DNA of 64,000 nt, taken from assembly GCF_011386835.1 (NCBI RefSeq), contig NC_088795.1, forward strand, positions 23,622,001 through 23,686,000, given 5' to 3'. Shown here in pieces: positions 48,554 through 61,395 of this stretch; the stretch's first letter is position 1, and the number at the start of each line of letters is the position of its first letter. Made by a program: the position numbers and the translations under genes. Origin of the DNA: Chrysemys picta bellii (lineage: Eukaryota). The notes below the pieces were generated by a model. The model did no database searches and was not told the origin of the DNA. It saw only the letters and a list, made by a program, of their open reading frames with translations.

Positions 48554-50314
48554 TAGTAAATTGCGTGTCTACCAGATCTACTACTCACTTACATATACTT
48601 CCTCTACATTTAGGATATCTGCACCTCTTCATCATTTCTATACTGTGCCCTTAGAGTGACCCAATACAAAATGAAAAACCCAGGTTCCTGAATAATGATT
48701 TCTAATAAACTACACCAGAGAGTCATGCAAACTATGTTAAAGTGACCAAATTGCTTCTAGCTAGTTCTACAGTGCAGCATGGAATATATATCTTTTAAAT
48801 ACAGATATAACATAGAAAGCGCTAATGACACCTTGCAATGCTCACCGTGATCCAAATGACTGCAAATGTCATTTCCAAAAGCCTGATCCAAAATGCACTG
48901 AAACCAATGGAAAGATGCTCACTGGTTTTAGCAGGCTTTGGATCAGGCCCCAAGGGCTGCCCTTGTCGGTTAAAAGGAAGGATAATTACAATCTGATCTG
49001 TTTTATGCAGGCTGTTTCTCATTTAGCTGCATGACCACAAATTATGTTAGAAGTTATTCAGCAACTCGCTATGGACTGGTTCACCAAACAACTTTACATA
49101 AGAACATGATTTACTCAATCTCAGGTGAGCAATTATGATCTCGACTGATTGGAATTTAAAAAGTGCGCCTAAGATTGATACTTGACATTTGTCTAAGAAA
49201 CAGTAGTTTAATAACAAGAATTTCTTTAAAGTTCTGCCATATTTTAAATCCCAGAAATACCAAATGTATTAGTAAAAATAGATTTTTATTTTTCATAAAA
49301 TCTTAAATATCAGTTTAATGCACTGCACTTAGCCCGCACTTAATGTGATCTTCATAATATAAAGAACCTATAAGTGAAAGGAATTGCTGTAACAAATGTA
49401 TAGCAGTTCTCCTTAAAGACACTTTTCAATTGCCTTAGATAACTAAATAGTATTTAATCTGTATTTTTAGTATTCAGTAGGTACTCCATATGCTAAGCAT
49501 AGGGAACACTGCAAAAACTGAAGTAACATTTTTTTATCAAAAGCAAAATTATGGAATATATAAAAGTGATATTTTGGTCCAATTGTTGTCTTTGACAGAC
49601 TGTTAAATGTAAGAAGATGAAAATGTATCAAAATAACACTAACCCAGTCTGGGATGACATGCATAAAATGTTGCCCCAAAAAGCCCAAATTGATCATATG
49701 CCAAGGTATGTTCAGTATCTGTTGACAGCTAAGGAAGAGACAATGTACTAAAGGAAGAGAATGCACCACTCAGTGAAGTTTTCTCATTATGTGTTTAGAC
49801 AGCATTAAGTGCTCTCAAAACTTCTGCTTCTATTTATTAATTCACCAGGCTTTGGTTATTATAGGAATACTGTCTAGTTATTTAAAAACTCATAACGTTA
49901 AGGGCCAGCTGTGATGCACTAAGGCCTTGAACACTAAGACCTTGAACACTTGACCTGGGTTTTTACCCAACTACCACTGACTCCTCTATATCTGCCTTAA
50001 TCCAATTGTGCAAGAAATGAGAACAATAACGGTTTAAAGAACTTTGTGATCTACAGAAGAAAAAAATCCATCATCATCTGACAGTGACATCCTCTAAATT
50101 CCAAGTATCCATTTTGATTTTTAGAACCACCAATAGATTTGTTACTAAGATCTTTTAAATATAAAATAATATATTAAATATTTTGCTGTTGAGTACTGTA
50201 GAGTGAGCAGAGACTGTACAATTTAACAAACAAATGTTTCCCAGAGTTGTCCAGTCAGTATTAATGATGCCAGGCCACAAACATGAAAGCAAAAGTACGA
50301 TTATTTATCCTATA

Positions 50315-51501
50315 GTAACTGTGGCTCTTCAAGATGTTCCAGTCAGTGGGGATCCCATTGTAGAGGCACACACACCTCATGCACACAAGACTGGATTATT
50401 TTTAAACAGCTGCCGCCACATTTTCTGTGTCTCCATATGAGAATACAAAGAATGGGGTGCATCCACTTCCTTTGCTCAGTTCTCTCACAGTTTAAAACCC
50501 ACTACAGCTGAGGATTCTGAAAAGCAGGGATGGAGGGTGGGTCATGCAACCCGCACTGACATCATCTCAAAGAAACGCAGTTATTGTAGGGTAAGTAACT
50601 GCTCGTTGTTCTTCAGGTATGTGTCAGTGAGCAGCCCATCGAAGGGGACCATTAAGAAGTATCCCCTTAGGATGGTGGGAATGAAGAGTACCAGCTGCAT
50701 TAGGCTAACAGTGACTGAAGTAACTTTCATCCGAACATGGTATCTGACCTCCCCATTAAAGTCCAGAGCATAAAAAGGTCAGTTGCCATTTTGCAGATTT
50801 CAGATATTGGAACATTTCTGAAGCAGGTGGATGTTGTTGTTTGTACTCTGGTGGAGTGTGCTTTGATGTTCAATGAGAGAGGTACACCAGCCAGCTGGAT
50901 ATACTGTGGTATCCATTCCTGTATTTGCTGTGAAGAGAAGGCTTGACCTTTAGAATGCCTAGCTCTGGCTGTAAACAGATGGAGAGAGACAGTCTGAATG
51001 TTTTATTATATTGACAGGAACAAACCAAAGTCCTAGATACTAGTGTGTGTAACTTATTTTTTTCGAGTACCAAATGTGGTTTCGAGAAGACAACTGGATT
51101 GATTGTCGGCTAAGGGAATTAGTCCATAGCAGGTTGGGCAAGGCCTACACCCTGAACGTTAAGAGTCTGCCATGATACCTGTTGTGAGACACCTCACCCC
51201 ACTGTACAATATATGTTGGGGGGGGGCATCTTTCTAGTTTTTTTGAAGATAAAGACAGTGAAGAAGTATTTGAAACTCTGAAAAAGGAGCAGGTTGAACC
51301 CTCATCAGGTTCTGTTTTACTGCCACAGGCAGTAAGAAGGAACTGAGGGAGGGTTGTGGCTGCTCTACCCTTTATGCCCTCTCACAACAGTGCATGAGGC
51401 AGTAGAGGACTTGTGGACAGTGCTATGCAAAAACTCCCATCTTGCACATTAGAAAAAATGTGCACTGACAGCAGAATCTAGGATGTCCCACACTTGAAGA
51501 A
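50315..51501 (-). mobile_element. DIRS-like tyrosine-recombinase retrotransposon relic, internally deleted
   Basis: Minus strand reads SKGQAFSSQQIQEWIPQYIQLAGVPLSLNIKAHSTRVQTTTSTCFRNVPISEICKMAT (HSTR at 50847-50858, the H-x-x-R motif); inverted ends TCTTCAAG.. / ..CTTGAAGA; CAGTTATTGTAGGGTAAGTAACTG resembles the DIRS ICR/ITR junction. Confidence 0.85.
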
Positions 51502-52630
51502 CAAAACACAAAGAGATCTAAGTGTTTCCTTTGTAGCATGTACTGATACTCTCACAAGGAAGAACAAAAGGACAGTTCAATTCAAACAATCGAAGTTAGG
51601 AAAAATTCAAAGGAAAAAGGAAAGGAAAGAAAACCATTAAACAACTCTTGGTAGTGTCCTTAACAAATGTTCTGTATAGAGATTACATCAGAGTAAACTA
51701 AATCTACAGGGTTGGTTTCAGTTTCATTATCCTTTATTGAAGGTTCCTAATTAGCGTTTCAATAGCAATGGTTCCTTGACTGGTAGGGCTGCAAAATGGA
51801 TATGCAGAAAATACACTGGACACCTGGGCCAGCTTCTTAAATATGGATGCCTAACCTTGGACATCAAAATAAGCGGCTTGGTTGTCAAATGTGTCTATCA
51901 CCAAATAACTCCCACTGCAGAGGCTGGATGCTCATTACTTTTAAAAACTAGGCCATTTATTAAGGTGCCTAAATATAGATTTAGAAGCTGAGATTTTAGG
52001 CTCACATTGAAAAAGAAGGCCCCAGGTCTCAGTTTTGTACCAAATTGTACCAAACCAAAATTGCCGCAGCAGAAACACCTAAATGTGGACACAAGGATAA
52101 AATGGGAATACAACACCAGCCACACAGCCAAGTAAGGCCAAACGGAGTTCACCCTGATCTTCAGTTTGGGGAAGAAAGCAGGGTCTACATGGCCACTGGT
52201 CCTGCCTGCAGGCAATTAGGTCCTGTATGATCAGAGAGAGGTGAAGAATGGTTCTGCTCCCAAGAAGCCAGTCAGTGAAGTTGAGCTGGCACAGGGTGGA
52301 AAATAACTGGCATCCAGTGAAGGGCTGCACTAAATTACTTTCCCATTGGAGCAAGGTGAAGAGAGCAAAAAAGAAATTGCGACTTTGGGTAACAAAAACA
52401 TTGTGCTGCTCCATGCACAGAGCATAGAGCTAATTACTTCTGGTTGTAAATACAACATATATTGGGGAGGGGTTGTAAAGAAAAACCAGGGTTAAATAGA
52501 AGAATGTTTTGTGATCCAGCAGCTACATAAGAATTTTCTAAGCAAAAATGACAACTAACCCAAAGTATCAAAGCCTTGCATACTAGTATAAGATTTTATC
52601 ATCAGTCTCATAGGATTTGGTGGTTTTCTT

Positions 52631-53891
52631 ATAGATTCATAGATTCTAGGACTGGAAGAGACCTCGAGAGGTCATCGAGTCCAGTCCCCAGCCCGCATGG
52701 CAGGACCAAATAATGTCTAGACCATCCCTGATAGACATTTATCTAACCTACTCTTAAAAATCTCCAGAAATGGAGATTCCACAACCTCCCTAGGCAATTT
52801 ATTCCAGTGTTTAATCACCCTGACAGTTAGGAACTTTTTCCTGATGTCCAACCTAAACCTCCCTTGCTGCAGTTTAAGTCCATTGCTTCTTGTTCTATCC
52901 TTAGAGGCTAAGGTGAACAAGTTTTCTCCCTCCTCCTTATGACACCCTTTTAAATACCTGAAAACTGCTATCATGTCCCCTTTCAGTCTTCTCTTTTCCA
53001 AACTAAACAAACCCAATTCTTTCAGCCTTCCTTCATAGCTCATGTTCTCAGGACCTTTAATCATTCTTGTTGCTCTTCTCTGGACCCTCTCCAATTTCTC
53101 CACATCTTTCTTGAAATGTGGTGCCCAGAACTGGACACAATACCCCAGTTGAGGCCTAACCAGCGCAGAGTAGAGCGAAAGAATGACTTCTCGTGTCTTG
53201 CTCACACCTGTTAATACATCCCAGAATCACGTTTGCTTTTTTTGCAACAGCATCACACTGTTGACTCATAACCCCTAGATCCCTTTCTGCCGTACTCCTT
53301 CCTAGACAGTCTCTTCCCATTCTGTATGTGTGAAACTGATTGTTCCTTCCTAAGTGGAGCACTTTGCATTTGTCTTTATTAAACTTCATCCTGTTTACCT
53401 CAGACCATTTCTCCAATTTGTCCAGATCATTTTGAATTATGACCCTGTCCTCCAAAGCAATTGCAATCCCTCCCAGTTTAGTATCATCTGCAAATTTAAT
53501 AAGCGTACTTTCTATGCCAATATCTAAGTCGCTGATGAAAATGTTGAACAGAACCAGTCCTAAAACAGACCCCAGCGGAACTCCACTTGTTATACCTTTC
53601 CAGCAGGATTGGGAACCATTAATAATTACTCTCTGGGTACAGTTATCCAGCCAGTTATGCACCCACCTTATAGTAGCCCCATCTAAGTTGTATTTGCCTA
53701 GTTTATTGATAAGAATATCATGTGACACCTTATCAAATGCCTTACTAAAGTCTAGGTATACCACATCCACCGCTTCTCCCTTATCCACAAGACTCGTTAT
53801 CCTATCAAAGAAAGCTATCAGATTGGTTTGACATGATTTGTTCTTTACAAATCCATGCTGGCTATTCCCTATCACCTTACCACCTTCCAAG
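52631..53891 (-). mobile_element. CR1 LINE 3' fragment, (AATCTATG)n-tail subfamily
   Basis: Minus ORFs with [32 protein letters not shown]; plus strand starts ATAGATTCATAGATTC; short internal deletion plus frameshift near 53270-53200. Confidence 0.97.
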
Positions 53892-54660
53892 CACCCACGC
53901 CTGGAGTCCTGTGAATATGTGAGAATCTCAACTTTCACTTAAAAAAAAAAAGACGACAACGATGTTTCTAGACCTCATGGTTGTGGGGAAAAGCTTAAGG
54001 ATATGACCCAAGTGTATCCCAAAGGCTTAAAAATTGGAAGACAAATAAGAATCAAAAATCCACATTTTTAAATCTTATTTTTGAATATTTTATGTTGGAA
54101 TACTACATTAAATTTACTTAAACAAGCGTAACAGATTACCTCTTTACAGCACATTTCTCCAGTACCCATCATACTAAGTCCCGATCAAAAGACTTTGGGT
54201 GCTGGTATAATATAACAGTAGTAATTCTAGGTGTGTAAAAGTAGGTTTGTAAGTTTGTTAATGTGCAATACTCATTCAGAGGGACGAATTTCAGTCAGAT
54301 GTATAATTTGCAAGTTTAGAAACTGTACATAAAATATTAAATATGAAAGCTTTTTTTAAATTATTCATATTATGAGTACCCAGGGAATTTTTTCAATCTG
54401 CATTCTTGTCTGTTTGCAGATGACATTGAACATCACTGTGTATGCTGGATCACAGATGTTGCTAAACAGAACAAACATGTTTTTGAAAAGCCAACTTTGG
54501 AGCACAGGGGGTGACACATACATTATACAAATCCAGCCTGACTTTCTTGAATGAAGAGAGGAAAGGATACATGGAAAACATCACTGTTGTCAAAAAGCTT
54601 GTCTGAGTAACAGCCCTATCTACTCCATGTTGTGTACAGCACCGAGAACACTCAAACTAC

Positions 54661-55778
54661 TACTCCAGGGGAATTCTGCGCCACTGTGCATGTGCAGAAT
54701 TAATGTCCCCCGAATATTTTTTTCTCCGCAGAAAATACATTCTGTCAGAGAGGCCATGCAATTACACCTTTCACCCACCAAGGGCAGCTGTGGCACCAGA
54801 ATAGAAGGCAGTCGGTTCACCGGCCATAGCAGTCAGCAGCCAACAAGGAGGATGAGAGGCTGTGTTCCTCACAGTGCCCTGCCCGTGGGGCCAAATGAGG
54901 AGGCACAGGGATATGGGGGAGCAGAAAGAGCAGGGCACATGGGGCTGGCTGGGGAGATAGACTGGGGTTCAGAAGGGCTAGTGGGAGGACAGACTGGGGT
55001 GGGAGCTGAATGCAAGTGCAGGGCCACATGGGGACAGGGGATGGCTAAACGTGGATGCAGGAACAATGGGGGTGAGGATTGCATGGGGGCTGGGATGGCT
55101 GAGTGGGGGTGTAGGTACACATGGGGATGGGGGGAGGAGGATGCAGGGACACACGGGGATAGGTGCGGAGGAGTGGCTGCGTGGGGGTGCAGGGACACAT
55201 GGGGGTGAAGGAGGCCTTGGGGTCAGGGAGGCTGAGTGGGGCTGCAGGGACACATTGAGACAGGGGCAGATGTGCCTGACTGAATGGGAGAGACTAGGGG
55301 TCAACCACGGTCTGCATGGGAGAGACTCCCCAACACCCTAATAATCCCCACCCAAAAAAACCCAACCTGTTCTATACTTCTCCCACCCACACCCAACAAC
55401 CCTCCAGGTTTATTCCCAGGCTCCTTCTCAGCAATTACTTCCCTCTCACTCAGCTCCTCCATTACCCCTGACTCCCTGAAGCCTTCGTACTGTTTCTGAG
55501 GGATACAGAAAATACATTTCTGTATTGTAGTTTAACTTGTTAATCAAAGATATGTATTAATATGCTTAGTAAGGAATATATTTGTCAAAAAGCATTTCCG
55601 GAATCATTTTTGTTGCCTGTGTTGCTACAGATATGCTTGCTTACAGGTATTTTGAAATAAATTACCAAAATCGTTTTAATAAAATATGCAGAAATTTAAA
55701 ATACTGTACACAGAAATTTTAATATTTTGTGGTAGAATTTTTAATTTTTTGGAGCAGAATTCCTCCCCCCCAGGAGTA
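54661..55778. mobile_element. non-autonomous DNA transposon with TAC..GTA ends and 6-bp TSD (IS3EU-like)
   Basis: TACTCCAGGGGAATTCTGC / GCAGAATTCCTC(C)nAGGAGTA; AACTAC at 54655-54660 and 55779-55784; subterminal (G/C)CAGAA(A)TT repeats; G-rich minisatellite-like interior. Confidence 0.72.
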
Positions 55779-57024
55779 AACTACATAAAGAGCATAATTC
55801 CCTCTAGACAACTAGTGAGTTCAAAATCTTGTGTTCCACCAACTGTCCAGTTGCATGAACTGGCAATATTCAAACCCACCAGCCCAGCTAGGATCTTTGG
55901 TGCACTTCCCCCTTGCCTGCATTCCTGTGTTTGTGGGAGGGCAACATTCAAGTCACTGTTAAAGTAGAATTCCCAGAGAAACAGTAACTGACGTTTCTCC
56001 CTTTACCTACAAAAGAAAATATTTTTCTTCACTAAAAAATGCCTCTCCCTCCCCAGTCTCTATAAATAGTTGATTCCTAGGACAATGTGAATGTCTCTCT
56101 GAATTGCATTTTCTGTATTTTGTCATTGAACAAACACGGTCAAGGATGTGAATCAATTTAGACAGGATCTTTTAAAAATGTTTCTGCAGAGAAAATCAAA
56201 GTGTTCCCTATGTTACATGCTCTATTTGCAGGTAAACTATTTCCATGCTGTTAAACTAGTATTTCACAGTTTTGATTATGGCGTTGCATTCCCTTGAGAA
56301 GTATTTTCACAGTTCTGTTAATTAGATTACAGTGTAGAAACACTGAAGTACAATATAAAGGAAATTACCCTTGAATATAATTTGCAGGAATACTCTGTCG
56401 TCTTCAAATTAATATTATTATTAGAACGGGAGTTAGTAAATGTGCAACTTTAATACATATTATATGCTAAAACTTACATTAATGCAACACGAAGTTTGCA
56501 ATTTTAAGTACTCAAAAGTCAGTTGATGAAAAAGTTCAGGTTCCCATAGTAACAGATTCACACACATTGTATATTAAAGGTGCACATTTAACTGTGCAAA
56601 TATTATTTCAGAAGATAGGTGCTCCTGCTCCCCTTCCAATCAATGGCAAAACTTTTACTGATATAGGTGGGAGCAAGACATGAGTGCATATATGCTTTGC
56701 ATTACTGAATTTTGAATGTTATAATATATACTACCTTAGTATTACAGTAATTTAATGTTCATTTTGTATGACAAAGGAGATTTTCAAAGGTAAAAAAAGG
56801 AAATAGGTACCCATTTTCCTTTGACTTTCAAAGGGATCTGCGTCTTTAATTGCCTATATGCCTTTGAAAGTCTCTCCCCCCCCCTTGAGTCACAAAAGGT
56901 GTCTCTAAGGCCCAGTCCTAGTCAGGCAAAGTTACTATTCACATGAATAACAATTTTTCCTAAGTGAGCAATGCAGTATCAGACCCTACATTTTAATCCC
57001 TGTTTTTCTTTTAAATTGGACATA

Positions 57025-57942
57025 TAGTAGAACCTGAGTTATGAACACAAGAGTTACGAACTGACCAGTGAACCACATGCCTCATTTGGAACAGGAAGTA
57101 CACAATCTATTCAGCACTGGTGAGGCCACATCTGGAGTATTGTGTCCAGTTTTGGGCCCCCCACTACAGAAAGGATGTGGACAAATGGGAGAGAGTCCAG
57201 CGGAGGGCAACGAAAATTATTAGGGGGCTGGGGCACATGACTTATGAAGAGAGGTTGAGGGAACTTGGGTTATTTAGTCTGCAGAAGAGAAGAGTGAGGG
57301 GGGATTTGATAGCAGCCTTCAACTATCTGAAGGGGGGGTGGTCCAAAGAGGATGGAGCTCAGCTGTTCTCAGTCGTGGCAGATGACAGAACAAGGAGCAG
57401 TGGCTCAAGTTGCAGCGGGGGAGGTCTAGGTTGGATATTAGGAAAAACTATTTCACTAGGAGGCTGGTGAATCACTGGAATGGGTTACCTAGAGAGGTGG
57501 TGGAATCTCCATTTTTAGAGGTTCTTTATGCCCGGCTTGACAAAACCCTGGGTAGGATGATTTAATTGGGGTTGGCCCTGCTTTGAGCAGGGGGTTGGAC
57601 TAGATGACCGCCTGAGGTCTCTTCCAACCCTAATATTCTATGAATCAGGCAGCAGCAGAGACAAAAAAAGCAAATACAGTGCAATGCTGTGTTAAACGTA
57701 AACTACTAAAAGAAGAGGGAAGTTTAAATAAAATATTTGACAAGGCAAGGAAATTGTTTCTGTGCTTGTTTAATTTAAATTAAGAATTGTTCTTCTGCAT
57801 AGTAAAGTTTCAAAGCTGTATTAAGTCAATATTCAGTTGTAAACTTTTGAAAGAACCATAATGTTTTGTTCAGTGTTACGAATATTTCAGAGTTACGAAC
57901 AACCTCCATTCCCCAGGTGTTCATAATGCTGAGGTTCTATTA
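57025..57942. mobile_element. Tc1/mariner (Tigger-like) element interrupted by CR1
   Basis: TA|TAGTAGAACCTGAGTTATG ... GCTGAGGTTCTATTA|TA; sequence is continuous across the CR1 insertion. Confidence 0.88.
57108..57642 (+). mobile_element. CR1 LINE 3' fragment with 4-bp TSD
   Basis: [25 protein letters not shown]...; ends ATTCTATG; AATC at 57104-57107 and 57643-57646. Confidence 0.96.
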
Positions 57943-58328
57943 TAAGTAGTACAGTCATCTACAGCTTTCCAAACCTTAGGTTCATTATCAAAAGAATTAC
58001 TGGAGAAAATTCCTCTTTTGGGGACCAATCTAAATCCCCGTGAGGCAAATAGAAAAATCCCCATTGAATTAACCAGGTTTTGTATCAGGGGGTACAAATC
58101 CCTAGAAAGCTGAAATTTCAGAACTCTGTCCAAATGTTGTATTGGATGGAGTCACACTGGGGATGAAATGATGAAAGAAACTGGAGGAAGCTGTAGCTAC
58201 AACACAGTTAAGCCAGAAGTGAATTTGGCTCAATGCTCTAAAACCTAACCCTGGTTTTTCTGTTTATTTGAATTTTCTGACAAATGTAAAGCATTTTGGC
58301 AGATTACTGAAATGTCAATGCTCTAGAT

Positions 58329-58558
58329 CAGTGGTCTCCAAAATGGGGTGCGTGCACCTCAGGGGGTGCACAAGAGGATCCTTGGGGTTGCGCGGCAGGA
58401 GGAGCGCTTTTTTTTTTTTTTTGCTTCAGCAGTTTGGGCGGATTTTTTTTTTTATTTTTTGCTTCGGCAAAAATGGTAGAGCCGGCGCGGCACGGGATGC
58501 GTGCTCAAAATTTTTTTACTGATAGGGGTGCGCAATCAAAAAAGTTTGGAGACCACTG
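58329..58558. mobile_element. hAT (Charlie-like) MITE, same family as 23200-23361 in the opposite orientation
   Basis: CAGTGGTCTCCAAA / TTTGGAGACCACTG; perfect 8-bp TSD CTCTAGAT. Confidence 0.95.
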
Positions 58559-60474
58559 CTCTAGATGTTTATAATGAGAAATTTACTTCAATAACCTTTT
58601 TGATACCAAATTTTAAGGGTATGGAAAAAAATAAGTTTATTACAAGAATCAGAAAAACAGGGATTAACATTTAGTGTCCAAATATACATGCCTTCTTAAT
58701 AAGGACTGGGACCCCCAAAAATGTATTTTATATTAGAACTTTCCATTTAAAAAATCCAATTGGCATTTATCAGTTAGTTGGGGAATACACAGGAACTGTC
58801 ATTTGACTGCATAAGTACCATTTAATTGTAATGTGAGCTAGCTTGTAGTAGTTATAAATACATTTTTTCTAAATATACTGATAAATGTGCTCATTTTCAA
58901 GGCATAGCCCAGACCGTAATTACCCTGTTATGCATTGTTGCCAGCTACTTTTTAAATAAATAGTGCCATATGAACACAAAATAAGTATTGATTGAAAATT
59001 GAAACTTAATTACATATAAGCAAATAAACTCAATCAGATATATTACCTGCCTAACATATATCCTTTATGGCACCCATCCAACTAACATGCAAGCAAAAGC
59101 ACACAAGTAGCTCCTTGAATGCAATAGAACAACTCACATTTTTGCGCTAAGCACACGTTTAAACACTTTGCTGGATCAGGGTCCACACAACAACAATTTC
59201 CCTGATTAAGTTTGGAGTTTATGAATTGTGCCCAAAAAAACCAAATGGCTCTAATTCTCTCTTACATTTGAAGTTAGAACAGGTATAAAGTGAGTTACAC
59301 CAAGTATGAATTGGACCCATTGTTCTTTACAATTTTTGGAATGAAAATTATCTTAGTTGACCATATATTGTAATCCAAAATCTAAAAGAAAAAACAGAAT
59401 AAATTCTACAAGACCTTTACTATAAAAGTTTTTTTTCAGATGATGTAAAATATTCCTAAATCTTAGCATTAACACAGACATCTCGTTATTGTATGTATTT
59501 TCCACTAGGCTTTAAAATAATAAAGTAAAAAACCAAAACTAAATAAGCTTTCTAACTTCATAATGTATTTTAAAGGATTCTACAGATACTAATTGAATCT
59601 ACTGTTAATCTAAAATAATGTATATAGAACCTTTCACGCCAATGTTCTTTGTAAATTTAATCTGATATTAATTATGACCATCACACAAGAATCATTTCAA
59701 TCACTACTGAAAGGCAGCCACTTCTTTAGTGAAACATGAAAGTTGTTTACCAGCACACAACAATACTATCAAACAAACAGTTTGGGGGTGGAAGTGAAGA
59801 ATACTTTATCCAATTCAATGTGAAGAGGCAATTTAGGTAAAAGAAAATCACAGCTCCTTGCATGCATATCATCTGTCACTTCCATGGGTTCTGTGGAGTA
59901 AATGCTTATGCTAATTTTAATTTTAAGTAACACCATCTATTACAATGTTTCTATGAAGGACAGCTTACATCTTAAAACGCTGCAGTATTAATTATGCACA
60001 TAAATCACTACAAAGAACACACGGTTAATTTTTAATCATTAATTAATTGTTTTGCTGTTTTTGTTACAAAGACTCATGGCTTAATTAAGTACCAGAGGAA
60101 TACTCTTTCATGTTTCCTGACAGCCACTGTCATAGATGAAAGTGTACTGTGATTTCCCCCAGCCCCTCCACCATTAGCTTTACGTCCTCTGTGGAAAGGC
60201 ATTCCTACCAATTCAAGGCACTATAATGCAGAGTATTAAGTAATACTGCGATATACTGTGGCAAAACTAGCTACTTGCATTTGACCACACAACTCCTATA
60301 GCGCTCTCCGGCAAGTCTTTCAGAAACTGTTTAGCACTGTTCTGTCAAAGAATGACACACAGTTATAAAAACAATTTAAGCTGCACATATTAAAGATATG
60401 TCACCTACTGTCAGCTATTCTGAAGTTTGCAGAAGAGATCATTCTTCTTAGGCACCCTCCCATCTTATTTCGTT

Positions 60475-60650
60475 ATTATTTATTATAATGACTAGGACCC
60501 CATTCTGCTAGGCGCTGCACAAACGCAGAACAAAAAGACCGTCCCTGCCCCCTAAGAACTTACACTTGAAATATAAGAGACAACAGATCGATACAGACAG
60601 ATGGATAGAGGAGTACAAGTAAACAATGAGGCAAAAACTGGTCAGTAATG
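60475..60650 (-). mobile_element. L2-type LINE/SINE 3' end
   Basis: TTATTATTT..GGACCCCATTCTGCTAGGCGCTGCACAAACGCAGAACAAAAAGACCGTCCCTGCCCC. Confidence 0.7.
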
Positions 60651-61395
60651 CAGGGCAATCAGTTCAAACAGTTCAATAAGGAATCAATTTAAGCTAAATC
60701 ATTAAGACGTTCTTAAACCGAAGAGTGTCCACCATGGGAGTTGCACCAATTTAACTTACCCCGTTTCTATTTATTTACAATGTCACCTGTGGGATAAGGC
60801 CTTTGATATAGCTTTCCCATCATAACTGAAAGCCTTCACACGAGCAAAAACAAGAACACCACAGAAAGGTCTTGTCCTATCCCGCCCCCCAACCCCAAAT
60901 AAAAAGAGACAAACATGCAAACCAACTTAAAGTGGATAGGAGGCTGCTCTGAAGGATCCTGAAAGGTTATTGTTCTTTGTTAAGTTCAATTGCTCTGCTG
61001 CTTCTCTCAAAAAAGCTCCCACTCTTTCCCCCTCCCCAAGTAAAGAAATACAGAAAGATAAACAAGTGACCACATCAGAATCACCACCACCACCATTTGT
61101 TAACCAGCACCTACGTCCTGCTAAGGTACCAAAGACTAACGTGCCAGGGAAAGAAAGCTGACCTCTCCCGTAGTAGTGGGCTTTTTGGGTCAGGAATGGG
61201 GAACACTGGCAAGGCCACAGGGAAGGAAGCTTGCACTACTCTTTGCCAGGAGGTACCTATTCAGTAGATGACAATTTCAGCATCCAAGGCTACCAGTAAG
61301 AATCCCTCAATGGCTAATAAATTCTTTGTCACACACAAGATTACCAAAAGAGAGAGATGTTATGTTTACTAAAGCAGAGATAAAAACTTTTGCTT

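Noticed and set aside
54627-55341. Long overlapping ORFs (up to 193 aa) on both strands
   Set aside because: They fall inside the G-rich interior of the IS3EU-like element, are low-complexity (G/W/A or P/S/H rich) and show no domain; shadow ORFs of GC-rich repeat.
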